In this document: positions 13,694 to 24,179 of the stretch, one piece after another | Layout: every line of letters begins with the position of its first letter | How positions within the stretch are numbered: the first letter of the stretch is position 1 | NCBI GenBank assembly: GCA_045566115.1 | Contig: JBJLEC010000002.1 | Coordinates: forward strand, 1-60,991 | Source: Candidatus Pelagibacter sp. | Lineage (GTDB): Bacteria; Pseudomonadota; Alphaproteobacteria; Pelagibacterales; Pelagibacteraceae | Length of the DNA stretch: 60,991 nt | Reading direction: 5' to 3' | The notes under the pieces: generated by a model | What the model was told of the DNA's origin: nothing | What the model saw: the letters and a program-made list of their open reading frames with translations, nothing else | Database searches by the model: none | Position numbers and translations under genes: made by a program

Positions 13694-14075
13694 ATTTAGA
13701 AAAGCTTTCAAAGGAAGAATACACGGTAAGGCAGCTAGAGCCGTAAAATTGAATTATGGTCAGTTTGGATTAAAAGCAATAGAACCTGAAAGAATAATTG
13801 GTAAACAAATAGAGGCTGCAAGAGTAGCATTAACTAGATATATGAAAAGAACCGGTAAAGTTTGGACGAGAATATTTCCAAATATTCCTGTATCTAAAAA
13901 ACCAACAGAGGTTAGAATGGGTAAGGGAAAAGGATCTCCAGAATACTATGCGTGCAGAGTAAAACCAGGAAGAATAATATTTGAAATAGATGGCGTGAGT
14001 GAAGAAATTGCTAAAGAAGCTTTGTATAAAGCTTCAGCTAAATTACCAATTAAAACAAAATTTGTGAAACGTTAA
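13671..14075 (+). CDS. rplP: 50S ribosomal protein L16 (GTG start)
   Basis: [19 protein letters not shown]. Confidence 0.98.
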   Translation: MLQPVRTKFRKAFKGRIHGKAARAVKLNYGQFGLKAIEPERIIGKQIEAARVALTRYMKRTGKVWTRIFPNIPVSKKPTEVRMGKGKGSPEYYACRVKPGRIIFEIDGVSEEIAKEALYKASAKLPIKTKFVKR

Positions 14076-14076
14076 A

Positions 14077-14265
14077 ATGAGCAAAAAAAAAGAAGATAAA
14101 AAATTAACTAAAGATCAAGCTGAAAAAAAAATATTAACGCTAAAAAAAGACTTATTTAACATAAGGTTTAAAAAAATTAATAACCAAATAAATAATCCTG
14201 CTCAGTATAACCAGATAAAAAAAAGTATTGCTAGATTATATACAACAATAAAGAATACAAAATGA
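14077..14265 (+). CDS. rpmC: 50S ribosomal protein L29
   Basis: [20 protein letters not shown], between rplP and rpsQ. Confidence 0.93.
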   Translation: MSKKKEDKKLTKDQAEKKILTLKKDLFNIRFKKINNQINNPAQYNQIKKSIARLYTTIKNTK

Positions 14266-14489
14266 CAAAAAAAACTTTAAAAGGAACTGTTACAAGTGCT
14301 AAAAATAACAAAACTATAGTTGTGGAAGTAACACGTAAATTTAAACATCCATTTTATGAAAAAGTGATTAAAAGATCAAAAAAATATCACGCTCATGATG
14401 AAAAAAATAAATTTAAAGAAGGACAAAAAGTTATAATAGTTGAAAGTAAACCATTTTCAAAAAAGAAAACCTGGCAGGTAGTAGAATAA
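14262..14489 (+). CDS. rpsQ: 30S ribosomal protein S17
   Basis: [21 protein letters not shown]. Confidence 0.98.
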   Translation: MTKKTLKGTVTSAKNNKTIVVEVTRKFKHPFYEKVIKRSKKYHAHDEKNKFKEGQKVIIVESKPFSKKKTWQVVE

Positions 14490-14857
14490 TGATTCAGATA
14501 CAAACAGAATTAACTGTTGCAGATAACACTGGAGCAAAAAGAGTTGAATGTATTAAAGTTCTAGGTGGATCTAAAAGAAGATATGCATCTGTGGGTGATA
14601 TAATTGTTATAAGTGTAAAAGACGCAATACCAAAAGGTAAAGTAAAAAAAGGAGCAGTACACAAAGCAGTTGTTGTTAGAACAAGAAAAGAAATATTTAG
14701 AAATGATGGCTCTAAAGTACAATTTGATAAAAATGCTGTAGTTCTTACTGATGATAAAGGTGAGCCTATTGGAACAAGAATTTTTGGTCCTGTTACAAGA
14801 GAACTAAGAAGTAGAGGACATACTAAAATAATATCACTAGCTCCGGAGGTACTATAA
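14489..14857 (+). CDS. rplN: 50S ribosomal protein L14
   Basis: [27 protein letters not shown]. Confidence 0.99.
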   Translation: MIQIQTELTVADNTGAKRVECIKVLGGSKRRYASVGDIIVISVKDAIPKGKVKKGAVHKAVVVRTRKEIFRNDGSKVQFDKNAVVLTDDKGEPIGTRIFGPVTRELRSRGHTKIISLAPEVL

Positions 14858-15108
14858 TGATGATTTTAAAAAAAGGAGCTCAAGTAAAAATTATCTCTGG
14901 TAAAGATAAAGGTAAAACTGGTGAAATATTGGAAATTAATAGAAAGCTTAATAAAATAAAAGTAAAAGCAATTAATATGGTTAAAAAACACACAAAACCT
15001 ACCAAAGAAAATAAAGGCGGCATTATTTCAAAAGAAAGTTTCATACATCAGTCAAATGTTAAAAATATCGATATTAAAAAAAAGGTAAAACAAGTAGGTA
15101 AAAAATAA
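14857..15108 (+). CDS. rplX: 50S ribosomal protein L24 (short C-terminus)
   Basis: KOW motif ISGKDKGKTG, GGII..E..IH.SNV. Confidence 0.97.
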   Translation: MMILKKGAQVKIISGKDKGKTGEILEINRKLNKIKVKAINMVKKHTKPTKENKGGIISKESFIHQSNVKNIDIKKKVKQVGKK

Positions 15109-15656
15109 TGTCAAGATTAAAATCAACTTATGATAATGAAATTGTTTCAAAACTTATGAGCAAACTGTCTCTTAAAAATAAACATGATGTCCCTAAAATT
15201 GAAAAAATCATATTAAATATGGGTCTAGGAGAAGATGCTTCGGATGGCAAAAAACTTAAAGCATGTGTTGATGATATGGCACTTATAGCTGGGCAAAAAC
15301 CTATAATTACAAAATTTAAAAAATCAATTTCAAATTTTAAAACTAGAAAAGGTTCGAATGCTGGTGTCAAAGTAACTTTAAGATCACATAAAATGTATGA
15401 ATTTATCGATAGATTGGTAAATATTGCGTTACCTCGTATTAAAGATTTTAGAGGTTTATCCGCGAAAGGTATTGATAACTCATTCAATTATTCATTTGGA
15501 GTTAAAGAACATATTGTTTTTCCAGAGGTTAATTTTGATAAAGTTGATAAAATTAGAGGTTTAGATATTACAGTTGTAACATCGAGTAAAAGTAAAGAAG
15601 GAACATTAGAAATGTTGAAAGAATTTAATTTTCCTTTAAATGATAAAAAAAACTAA
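15108..15656 (+). CDS. rplE: 50S ribosomal protein L5
   Basis: VPKIEKIILNMG, ALPRIKDFRG. Confidence 0.99.
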   Translation: MSRLKSTYDNEIVSKLMSKLSLKNKHDVPKIEKIILNMGLGEDASDGKKLKACVDDMALIAGQKPIITKFKKSISNFKTRKGSNAGVKVTLRSHKMYEFIDRLVNIALPRIKDFRGLSAKGIDNSFNYSFGVKEHIVFPEVNFDKVDKIRGLDITVVTSSKSKEGTLEMLKEFNFPLNDKKN

Positions 15657-15664
15657 GGATATAG

Positions 15665-15970
15665 ATGGCCAAAACAAGCGCAGTACAAAAAAACTTAAAA
15701 CGTATTAAATTAGTGAAAAAGTTTGCTAAAAAAAGAGCTGCTTTAAAAACAATTATTAATAATAAAAAATTAGAGCTATCAGAGAGATTTGAAGCTCAAT
15801 TAAAGTTGAATAAATTACCAAAAAATTCAGCAAAAATTAGAATAAGAAATAGATGCGAGGTATCTGGTAGACCTCACGGAGTATATAGAAAATTAAAAAT
15901 ATCAAGAATAGCACTAAGAGACATGGCGTCTTCAGGTAAAATTCCTGGTATGACTAAATCAAGCTGGTAG
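15665..15970 (+). CDS. rpsN: 30S ribosomal protein S14 (long, zinc-independent type)
   Basis: RNRCEVSGRP, IPGMTKSSW, 101 aa. Confidence 0.99.
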   Translation: MAKTSAVQKNLKRIKLVKKFAKKRAALKTIINNKKLELSERFEAQLKLNKLPKNSAKIRIRNRCEVSGRPHGVYRKLKISRIALRDMASSGKIPGMTKSSW

Positions 15971-15977
15971 GAGAAAT

Positions 15978-16376
15978 ATGACATTTACAGATCCGATAGG
16001 TGATATGTTTTCAAGAATAAGAAATGGTCAAATGAGATCATTAAATTCTGTTGAAATCCCTTCATCTAATTTTAGAAAAAATATTTTAGAAATCTTAAAA
16101 AACGAAGGTTATATAAAAGATTTCTTTATTGATAAATCAGAAAATAATAAAACAAGTTTAAAGGTAACTCTTAAATATTATGAAGGTTATCCTGTTATAA
16201 AAGAAATAAAAAGAATTTCAAAACCAGGAAGAAGAGTTTATTCAAGAGCTACTAGCATACCCAAAGTTATGAATGGACTTGGTTTAGCTATACTTTCAAC
16301 ACCTAAAGGTGTAATGAGTGATGTTGAAGCAAGAAAAAATAACATCGGTGGCGAAATAATTTGTAGAGTATTTTAA
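15978..16376 (+). CDS. rpsH: 30S ribosomal protein S8
   Basis: DPIGDM..RIRN, SKPGRRVY, STPKGVM. Confidence 0.99.
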   Translation: MTFTDPIGDMFSRIRNGQMRSLNSVEIPSSNFRKNILEILKNEGYIKDFFIDKSENNKTSLKVTLKYYEGYPVIKEIKRISKPGRRVYSRATSIPKVMNGLGLAILSTPKGVMSDVEARKNNIGGEIICRVF

Positions 16377-16918
16377 TGTCTAAAATTGGAAAAAAAAATA
16401 TACTAATACCTAAAGAATCTTCAATTAAAATTGAAGGTGCTAATTTAACAATTACAGGCCCTAAAGGTACAAAAACATTGACTATAAACGATAAGATATT
16501 TTCTTCAAAACTTAATGAAAGCGAATTTCATATCGAGCCATTACAAAAGAAAATTGACAAACAAACTTCAATAATGTGGGGTACTTACAGAAGTTTGATT
16601 AATAATGCTGTTACAGGTGTATCAAATGGTCATGAAAAAATTTTAGAATTAAATGGAGTAGGTTTTAGAGCAAATTTAAAAGGTGACATTTTGAACCTTC
16701 AAATTGGCTTTAGCCATGATGTTAACTTTAAAATATCTAAAGACATTAAAATTACTGTAGAAAAACAAACTATAATTAAAATTACCGGAGTTGATAAAGA
16801 ATTGGTGTCAAAAACTGCTGCGGATATTAAAAACTTAAAACCAGTAGAGCCTTATAAAGGCAAAGGAATTAAAGAAAGAGGTCAATTTGTTTTGAGAAAA
16901 GAAGGTAAAAAAAAGTAG
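16376..16918 (+). CDS. rplF: 50S ribosomal protein L6
   Basis: MSKIGK, GVGFRA, EPYKGKGI. Confidence 0.99.
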   Translation: MSKIGKKNILIPKESSIKIEGANLTITGPKGTKTLTINDKIFSSKLNESEFHIEPLQKKIDKQTSIMWGTYRSLINNAVTGVSNGHEKILELNGVGFRANLKGDILNLQIGFSHDVNFKISKDIKITVEKQTIIKITGVDKELVSKTAADIKNLKPVEPYKGKGIKERGQFVLRKEGKKK

Positions 16919-16923
16919 GAAAT

Positions 16924-17276
16924 ATGAAAAAAATCAATAATAAAATTAAAAGAAAATTAAGAAATAGAAAAAAACTTAAGAATGTAAGTGTAAATAAATT
17001 CAGAATTTCTGTTTCCAAGTCTTTAAACAACCTTTCAGCACAAATTATTGATGACTCTCAAAAAAAACATTGGTTTCAGTCTCGTCTACTGAAAAAGAAA
17101 TAAAAGCTAAAAAAGTTAAAAAAATGGAAAAATCAAGTTTAATTGGAGAAATTTTAGCTAAAAGAGCTAAAGAAAAAAATATTAGCGAAGTTTATTTTGA
17201 CAGAGGGGAAAACAAGTACCATGGAAGAGTTAAGACTTTCGCTGAAACGTTAAGAAAAAATGGATTAAAATTTTAA
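16924..17276 (+). CDS. rplR: 50S ribosomal protein L18, split by a 1-nt frameshift in the A8 run at 17060-17067
   Basis: ATG 16924 after AGGA reads ...[22 protein letters not shown] and stops at 17101. The -1 frame continues TLVSVSS...YFDRG..KYHGRVK.FAE.LR..GLKF. One extra A gives a 117-aa L18. Confidence 0.93.
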
Positions 17277-17277
17277 T

Positions 17278-17796
17278 ATGGCTGATTATAAAAAAGTTGA
17301 AAGTGATATAAAAGAGAAATTAGTTGCAATAAACAGAATTACTAAAGTTGTAAAAGGTGGACGAAGATTTGGTTTTGCAGCATTAATGGTTGTTGGTAAT
17401 CAAAAAGGCTCAATTGGAATTGGTCAAGGTAAATCTAAGCAGGTTCCTGATGCTATAAAAAAAGCCACTGAAGACGCAAAAAGAAATTTAACTAAAATTC
17501 CTTTAAAAGAAGGCAGAACACTTCATCATGATGTTAAAGGGAAAAACGGTGCTGGAAAAGTTATTTTGAGAGCTGCCCCAGCTGGAACTGGTATTATTGC
17601 AGGTGGTCCGATAAGATCTGTTTGTGAAGTTTTAGGAATCCAAGACGTAGTTGCTAAATCTTTGGGTTCTGCAAATCCTCATAACGTATTAAAAGCTTGT
17701 GTCGATGGATTGAAATCACAAAATTCTCCAAAAATTTTATCAGCAATAAGAGGAAAAAAAATATCTGACATAATTTTGAAAAGAGAGGCTAAATAA
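17278..17796 (+). CDS. rpsE: 30S ribosomal protein S5
   Basis: [22 protein letters not shown]. Confidence 0.99.
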   Translation: MADYKKVESDIKEKLVAINRITKVVKGGRRFGFAALMVVGNQKGSIGIGQGKSKQVPDAIKKATEDAKRNLTKIPLKEGRTLHHDVKGKNGAGKVILRAAPAGTGIIAGGPIRSVCEVLGIQDVVAKSLGSANPHNVLKACVDGLKSQNSPKILSAIRGKKISDIILKREAK

Positions 17797-18249
17797 ATGC
17801 AATTAAATAGTTTAGTAAAAAATAATAAAAAAAAAATTAGAGTTGGAAGAGGTATTGGTAGTGGTAAGGGTAAAACTTCTTCAAGAGGGCATAAAGGTCA
17901 AAAATCTAGATCTGGTGTTGCAGTCAAAAGTTTTGAAGGAGGTCAAATGCCTCTTTATAGAAGATTACCTAAAAGAGGTTTTAAATCATTAAACAAAAAC
18001 AACGTTGCTATTTTGAATTTATCTAAAATTCAAAGTATAATCGAAAAAACAAAAAATGGTTTAAAAAATACTCTTGATCTAAAGATTTTAAAGGAAAAAA
18101 ATTTAATTAATAATAAATTTTTAAAGTTAAAAATTTTAGGTTCCGGTGAGTTAAAAAATAGTATAGAGATTTCTGCTCATTTTGCATCAAAACAAGCTTT
18201 ATCTAAAATTGAAAAAGCTGGTGGAAAAATCAACATAGTTAAAAAATAA
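17797..18249 (+). CDS. rplO: 50S ribosomal protein L15
   Basis: [30 protein letters not shown]. Confidence 0.99.
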   Translation: MQLNSLVKNNKKKIRVGRGIGSGKGKTSSRGHKGQKSRSGVAVKSFEGGQMPLYRRLPKRGFKSLNKNNVAILNLSKIQSIIEKTKNGLKNTLDLKILKEKNLINNKFLKLKILGSGELKNSIEISAHFASKQALSKIEKAGGKINIVKK

Positions 18250-18254
18250 TTTTT

Positions 18255-19559
18255 ATGTCTAGTGAATCACTTAACTCTACCGGTGCTTTTAGTCAGGCAA
18301 ATGATTTAAAAAGTAGAATATTATTCACTATATTAATTTTAATAATTTATAGACTTGGAACATACGTTCCGCTTTCAGGTATCGACCCTTTAGCTTTAAA
18401 AGAAATTATGGCCTCAAGTCAAAAAGGTTTGCTTGGAATGTTTAATATGTTTTCTGGTGGAGCGGTAACCAGAATGGCAATTTTTGCACTTGGTATTATG
18501 CCATATATTTCTTCTTCAATTATTGTACAATTACTAACAGGTGTATCTGACTATTTTAAAAATTTAAAAGAACAAGGTGAAACTGGTAGAAAAAAAATTA
18601 CGCAAATTACTAGATATGGAACTGTACTAATTGCTTGTTTACAAGGTTATGGAGTTTCGGTTGGCTTAGAAAACGCGGGAAACCTAGTAATAGAACCAGG
18701 TCTATCATTTAGAATAATAACAACAATTTCATTAGTAGCCGGTACAACTTTTTTAATGTGGTTAGGTGAACAAATTACTTTAAGAGGTGTTGGAAACGGA
18801 ATTTCGTTAATTATCTTTTCTGGTATTGTAGCGGAAATTCCAAGAGCTTTAGCTTCAACTTTTGAATTAGGGAGAACAGGCGCTTTATCTGCTTTAATGA
18901 TTGTTGCTATTTTTATTTTGGTAATCTTTACAGTTTTATTTATTGTTTTTTTCGAAAGAGCTATGAGAAAAATTTTAATTAATTACCCAAAAAGACAAGT
19001 TGGAAATAAAATGTATGGTGGTGAGTCTTCTCATTTACCATTAAAAATAAATACAGCTGGAGTTATACCAGCAATTTTTGCATCTGCATTACTGTTATTG
19101 CCGGTCACAATCTCAAATTTTGGTTTTGCAGAATCTGATGCATTTATAAAAATCTCATCAATGTTTACACAAGGACAACCCTTGTACATGTTGCTTTATG
19201 CATCAGGAATTATTTTCTTTTCTTTTTTTTATACGTCAATTGTTTTTAATCCAAAAGAGACATCAGAAAATTTACGAAAATATGGAGGATATATCCCTGG
19301 CATAAGACCTGGAGAAAGAACGGCAGAATATATTGAAACAATTTTAACAAGATTGACTACTGTTGGAGCATTATACTTAACATTTGTTTGTTTGATGCCT
19401 GAATTTTTAATTGCAAAATATCCAATACCATTTTATTTAGGCGGTACTTCAATTTTGATTGTAGTTGTTGTTGCAATGGATACTGTAACACAAGTGCAAA
19501 CAAGGTTAATGAGCTCTCAATATGAGTCACTAATTAAAAAAACTAAATTTGGTAAATAG
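18255..19559 (+). CDS. secY: Preprotein translocase SecY
   Basis: IFALGIMPYISSSII, GVGNGISLIIF, IPGIRPG, multiple TM segments. Confidence 0.99.
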   Translation: MSSESLNSTGAFSQANDLKSRILFTILILIIYRLGTYVPLSGIDPLALKEIMASSQKGLLGMFNMFSGGAVTRMAIFALGIMPYISSSIIVQLLTGVSDYFKNLKEQGETGRKKITQITRYGTVLIACLQGYGVSVGLENAGNLVIEPGLSFRIITTISLVAGTTFLMWLGEQITLRGVGNGISLIIFSGIVAEIPRALASTFELGRTGALSALMIVAIFILVIFTVLFIVFFERAMRKILINYPKRQVGNKMYGGESSHLPLKINTAGVIPAIFASALLLLPVTISNFGFAESDAFIKISSMFTQGQPLYMLLYASGIIFFSFFYTSIVFNPKETSENLRKYGGYIPGIRPGERTAEYIETILTRLTTVGALYLTFVCLMPEFLIAKYPIPFYLGGTSILIVVVVAMDTVTQVQTRLMSSQYESLIKKTKFGK

Positions 19560-19567
19560 TTAAATTA

Positions 19568-20218
19568 ATGAATATTGTTATTTTTGGTCCTCCTGGTGCA
19601 GGAAAAGGAACGCAATCGAAATTCATAGTTAAAAAATTTAACCTATTTCAACTTTCTACAGGTGAACTTTTAAGAAACGAAATTATTAATAAAACTCAAT
19701 TAGGCCTAAATATTTCTTCAACAATGAATAGTGGGAATTTAGTCTCAGATAATATTGTAAGTGACTTAATTGAAAAATATATTTCAAATAATAATTTTAA
19801 TGATAGACTTATTTTTGACGGTTACCCAAGAAATATAAGCCAAGCTGAAAACTTAAATTTACTTTTAAAAAAATATAATAAAAAATTAGATTTAGTTTTA
19901 AAATTATCAGTACCAATTGATATAATTAAAAAAAGAATTACTGGTAGATCAATTTGTTCAATATGTGGAAAAATTTATAATGAATATTTTAATCCGGCTC
20001 CAATTAATGCCAATTGTTGTTCCTCAAAATATTTACAAAAAAGAACCGATGATACTTTAGATATCGCCATATCCAGATATGAAAACTATGAAAAGAATAT
20101 AAAACCTGTAACAGACTTCTATAAAGAAACTAAATTATTGAAAGTGGTAAATGGAGAAACCTCAATAATGGCTATTACTAAAGAAATTAGTGGCTTAATT
20201 GAAGCTGTAAAGGGTTGA
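19568..20218 (+). CDS. adk: Adenylate kinase (long LID)
   Basis: GPPGAGKGTQ, DGYPR, follows secY. Confidence 0.98.
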   Translation: MNIVIFGPPGAGKGTQSKFIVKKFNLFQLSTGELLRNEIINKTQLGLNISSTMNSGNLVSDNIVSDLIEKYISNNNFNDRLIFDGYPRNISQAENLNLLLKKYNKKLDLVLKLSVPIDIIKKRITGRSICSICGKIYNEYFNPAPINANCCSSKYLQKRTDDTLDIAISRYENYEKNIKPVTDFYKETKLLKVVNGETSIMAITKEISGLIEAVKG

Positions 20219-20242
20219 CTTTAGGTGATTACACAATATAAA
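20215..20242 (+). promoter_or_regulatory. Putative sigma70 promoter of rpsM-rpsK-rpoA-rplQ
   Basis: TTGACT (20215-20220), 16 nt, TATAAA (20237-20242). Confidence 0.6.
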
Positions 20243-20270
20243 TACGCAGTAAAATAGAATTCATTAATAT

Positions 20271-20654
20271 ATGGCTCGTATAGCAGGAATAAATATTCCA
20301 CAAAATAAGGTTGTTAGCATTGCACTAACTTACATTCATGGTATAGGCCCACATTTTTCAAAAAAAATTTGTGAGAAACTAGATATTCCAAATTCAAAAA
20401 GAGTTAACGAATTAACTGAAGAACAAGTTTTAAAAATAAGAGAATTCATTGATGCCAACCATAAAGTAGAAGGTGATTTAAGAAGAGAAGTTTCAATTAA
20501 TATAAAAAGACTTGTAGATCTTGCGTGTTATAGAGGTACAAGGCATAAAAAAAAATTACCAGTTAGAGGCCAAAGAACCCAATGTAATGCAAGAACCAGA
20601 AAAGGTAAAGCAATCGCTATTGCTGGAAAAAAATTAACTCCACTTAAAAAATAA
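20271..20654 (+). CDS. rpsM: 30S ribosomal protein S13
   Basis: [21 protein letters not shown]. Confidence 0.99.
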   Translation: MARIAGINIPQNKVVSIALTYIHGIGPHFSKKICEKLDIPNSKRVNELTEEQVLKIREFIDANHKVEGDLRREVSINIKRLVDLACYRGTRHKKKLPVRGQRTQCNARTRKGKAIAIAGKKLTPLKK

Positions 20655-20661
20655 GTTTTGT

Positions 20662-21108
20662 ATGAATAAAAAAAACGAAACAGTTGATAAAAAAACAGAA
20701 ATAAAAAAAGCTGAAACTAAAAAAGTCTCTACTTTAAAAAAAAAGAAAAAAATTAAAAAAAATATTACTTCTGGAATAGCTTATGTTTACTCAACATTTA
20801 ATAATACAATTATATCAATCGCTGACGAGAATGGTAACGTAGTTTCTTGGTCATCAGCTGGTGCAAAAGGTTTTAAAGGTTCAAGAAAATCAACTCCGTA
20901 TGCTGCTCAAGTAGCTGCAGATGATGCTGGTGCAAAAGCTTTTGAACAAGGATTAAGAACTTTGACAGTTCAAGTAAAAGGACCTGGTTCAGGACGAGAA
21001 ACAGCCTTACGTTCATTGCAGTCAAGAGGTTTTAAAATTTTATCAATTAAGGACACTACGCCTATGCCGCATAATGGTGCAAGACCGCCAAAAAGAAGGA
21101 GAGTATAA
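20662..21108 (+). CDS. rpsK: 30S ribosomal protein S11 (Lys-rich N-extension)
   Basis: [30 protein letters not shown]. Confidence 0.99.
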   Translation: MNKKNETVDKKTEIKKAETKKVSTLKKKKKIKKNITSGIAYVYSTFNNTIISIADENGNVVSWSSAGAKGFKGSRKSTPYAAQVAADDAGAKAFEQGLRTLTVQVKGPGSGRETALRSLQSRGFKILSIKDTTPMPHNGARPPKRRRV

Positions 21109-22142
21109 TGCAGACCACATCTAATGTTATTGACAAAAACTGGAAAGCTTTGATTAAACCTAATAAACTCGACATTACTAGCAATGAAGATAAAACTATT
21201 GCTAAAGTTGTAGCAGAACCATTGGAAAAAGGTTTTGGTCAGACAATTGGAAATTCTTTAAGAAGAATTTTACTTTCTTCAATACAAGGCGCTGCCGTGA
21301 CAGCCATTCAAATTGATGGTGTATTACATGAATTTTCATCTATTAAAGGTGTTAGAGAAGATGTTACTGATATTGTTTTAAACGTAAAAAATTTAGCAAT
21401 TAAATGTTCTTCATCTAGTTCTAAAAAAATTATCTTAGATATTAAAGGACCGAAAGAGGTTAAAGCTAAAGATATAACTCTCGTACCTGAAGTTGAAATT
21501 TTAAATCCAGAACAAACAATCTGTAACTTAGATGAAAAAACAAATTTTCATATGGAATTAATTGTAAGTAATGGAAAAGGATATGTTCAATCTCCTAAAA
21601 ATAAATCAGATGATAGCCCATTAGGATTAATTTCAATTGACTCTTTATTTAGTCCAGTTAAAAAAGTTTCATTTTCAGTTGAAAATACAAGAGCTGGCAG
21701 TGCTTTAGATTATGATAAACTAGTAATGACTGTTGAAACTAACGGAACTGTTGATGCTGAAGAAGCTATTGCTTATTCTGCAAGAATTTTTCAAGATCAA
21801 CTTTCCATGTTTGTAAATTTTGAAGATCCTCAAGAAATTATTCAAGAAGTCAAATCTTCAGAGCCTGAATTTAATAGAAATTTACTTAAAAAAGTCGAGG
21901 AACTTGAGTTATCCGTTAGATCAATGAATTGCTTGAAGAATGATAATATAATTTATATTGGAGATTTAGTCCAAAAAACTGAACCAGAGATGCTAAGAAC
22001 ACCTAATTTTGGAAGAAAATCGCTCAATGAAATTAAAGAAGTGTTAAATACAATGTCTTTGTTTCTAGGTATGGAGATACCTAATTGGCCACCTGATAAT
22101 ATTGCTGAAATGTCAAAGAAACTAGAAGAAAATAATTACTAA
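21108..22142 (+). CDS. rpoA: RNA polymerase alpha subunit
   Basis: [41 protein letters not shown]. Confidence 0.99.
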   Translation: MQTTSNVIDKNWKALIKPNKLDITSNEDKTIAKVVAEPLEKGFGQTIGNSLRRILLSSIQGAAVTAIQIDGVLHEFSSIKGVREDVTDIVLNVKNLAIKCSSSSSKKIILDIKGPKEVKAKDITLVPEVEILNPEQTICNLDEKTNFHMELIVSNGKGYVQSPKNKSDDSPLGLISIDSLFSPVKKVSFSVENTRAGSALDYDKLVMTVETNGTVDAEEAIAYSARIFQDQLSMFVNFEDPQEIIQEVKSSEPEFNRNLLKKVEELELSVRSMNCLKNDNIIYIGDLVQKTEPEMLRTPNFGRKSLNEIKEVLNTMSLFLGMEIPNWPPDNIAEMSKKLEENNY

Positions 22143-22591
22143 TGAGACACGGTATAGGTTATAGAAAATTAAATAAGACAGGTGAACATAGAAAGGCATT
22201 ATTTAAAAATATGCTTAACTCATTAATTAAATATGAGCAAATTATCACCACACTGCCAAAAGCAAAAGAACTAAAACCCCAAATAGACAAAGTTATAACT
22301 ATTGGAAAAAAAAATATTTTAAGCAATAAAAAAAGATTATTTTCAAAATTGCAGGATAAAAAATCAGTAATTAAAGTTTTTGACGAACTATCAAAAAGAT
22401 ATAGTTCTAGAAACGGCGGTTATTCTAGAGTTCTGAAAGCAGGTTTTAGAACAGGTGATGATGCTCCTATGGCTGTAATAGAATTAGTGGATAGAAACCC
22501 TGAAGCTAAAAAAGTTGATAAACCTAAAAAAACAGTTTCTAAAGAGAAAATAAAAAATACTCAAACTGAACAAAAAGCATTAAGCAAATAG
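22142..22591 (+). CDS. rplQ: 50S ribosomal protein L17
   Basis: [29 protein letters not shown]. Confidence 0.99.
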   Translation: MRHGIGYRKLNKTGEHRKALFKNMLNSLIKYEQIITTLPKAKELKPQIDKVITIGKKNILSNKKRLFSKLQDKKSVIKVFDELSKRYSSRNGGYSRVLKAGFRTGDDAPMAVIELVDRNPEAKKVDKPKKTVSKEKIKNTQTEQKALSK

Positions 22592-22603
22592 TTTTAGCTA
22601 TGC

Positions 22604-23512
22604 ATGCCCCAAAAAGTTAAAGTTAAACAGGATTATCATAATAGTCGCTTTGATAGATGGTTTAAAACAAATATAATCGATCTACCTCAATCATTAATTC
22701 AAAAAATTTTAAGACTTAATAAAATAAAGGTAAATAGAAAAAAAGTTAAGACATCATATCGTGTTCAGTCAGGTGATTTAGTAGAGATTTATGATATTTC
22801 TAAATTTAAAATTTCTGATCGACCAAAAAAAATAAAATACAAACCTTCTCGTCAAGAGGTTGATATTTACGATGATTATATTTTAGAAAATAATAATAAT
22901 TTTATAGTCATTAATAAACCTAGAGGAATAGCCGTACAAGCTGGAACCAAATCATTTAGAAATATTATAGATGTTTTAAAAGATTCAAAATATTTTGAAA
23001 ACACTAAACCATTTATTGTTCATAGATTAGATAAAGAAACTTCTGGAGTTCTTATAGTTGCTAAAAATAGAGAATATGCTCAACTTTTTACTTCTTTATT
23101 TAGAATTAGAAAAATTCATAAAACATATATTGCGTTAACGCATGGGAAAATTTCTAAAGATCTTAAAACGCTTAAAGATGACTTGATTACTATTGATAAT
23201 GGTAAAAAAATAATTCAAAAAGCTATTTCACATTTGAGATTACTCAAAACATCTTCAAATTTTTCTTACGTGGAATTAAACCCTATTACTGGACGAAAAC
23301 ATCAACTTAGAAAACAACTTTATAATATTGGAAATCCTATTGTTGGAGACGACAAATATTTTATTAATAGAAGAGCAGATAAAATGAAAATTAAAAATAA
23401 GAATTTATTATTACATGCATACAAAATTAAGTTTATGATTAATAATATGCAGTACAATTTTAAAGCAGAGTACGATAGTGAATTTGAAAATTTTCTAAAA
23501 AAAAACTTTTAA
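22604..23512 (+). CDS. rluC: RluA-family 23S rRNA pseudouridine synthase with S4 domain (RluC-like)
   Basis: N-terminal RFDRW S4-like domain, INKP.G, HRLDKETSG, TGRKHQLR. Confidence 0.85.
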   Translation: MPQKVKVKQDYHNSRFDRWFKTNIIDLPQSLIQKILRLNKIKVNRKKVKTSYRVQSGDLVEIYDISKFKISDRPKKIKYKPSRQEVDIYDDYILENNNNFIVINKPRGIAVQAGTKSFRNIIDVLKDSKYFENTKPFIVHRLDKETSGVLIVAKNREYAQLFTSLFRIRKIHKTYIALTHGKISKDLKTLKDDLITIDNGKKIIQKAISHLRLLKTSSNFSYVELNPITGRKHQLRKQLYNIGNPIVGDDKYFINRRADKMKIKNKNLLLHAYKIKFMINNMQYNFKAEYDSEFENFLKKNF

Positions 23513-24120
23513 ATTTTATTTATATTTTTTACAAATATATTCACTAATTCCTTTTCGAAATTTTTAGGAACAATTTTTCTTTCCAAAAAAACAGACGTAA
23601 TTTTTTTGTTGTCTAATCCACATGGTACAATTTTAAGATATTCTTTAAGGTTATTTGAAATATTTATAGAGAATCCGTGAAAAGCGACCCATCTAGAAAC
23701 ACGCAATCCTATAGCTGCTATCTTTTTTCCTTTAACCCAAATACCTATATTTTTTTTATCTTTTTTTGCGTTAATTTTTAAAATTTTAAGAAATTCAATT
23801 ATAGTAGTTTCAATTGTATTAATAAATTTTCTTATATCTTTTTTTCGATTATTCAAATTTAGTACAAAATATATAATTTTTTGACCTGGGTTATGTAATG
23901 TAATTTTTCCACCTCTATTAGTTCTTATAATTTTAATAGTTTTATCGATTATTTCATTTTGCTTAAAACTTACCCCAGCTGTATATGTTTTTGGATGTTC
24001 TAAAATCCATATTAATTCTCTATTATCTCCATTTTTAACCTCCTTTACTCTTTTATTCAGAAAAAGCATCGCTTTTTCGTAAGGTATAGGTTTTTTGGTT
24101 AATTTAATTTCAACACTCAT
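23509..24120 (-). CDS. lipB: Octanoyltransferase LipB
   Basis: LEHP..YTAG, RGGKITLH.PGQ, KIAAIG, HGFSIN, IVPCGL. Confidence 0.96.
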   Translation of the reverse strand: MSVEIKLTKKPIPYEKAMLFLNKRVKEVKNGDNRELIWILEHPKTYTAGVSFKQNEIIDKTIKIIRTNRGGKITLHNPGQKIIYFVLNLNNRKKDIRKFINTIETTIIEFLKILKINAKKDKKNIGIWVKGKKIAAIGLRVSRWVAFHGFSINISNNLKEYLKIVPCGLDNKKITSVFLERKIVPKNFEKELVNIFVKNINKI

Positions 24121-24179
24121 TTAAATTGAATTTTATCACTTTATAGACTAATAGTCTCAGAAAACTTTAAGAGGTATTT

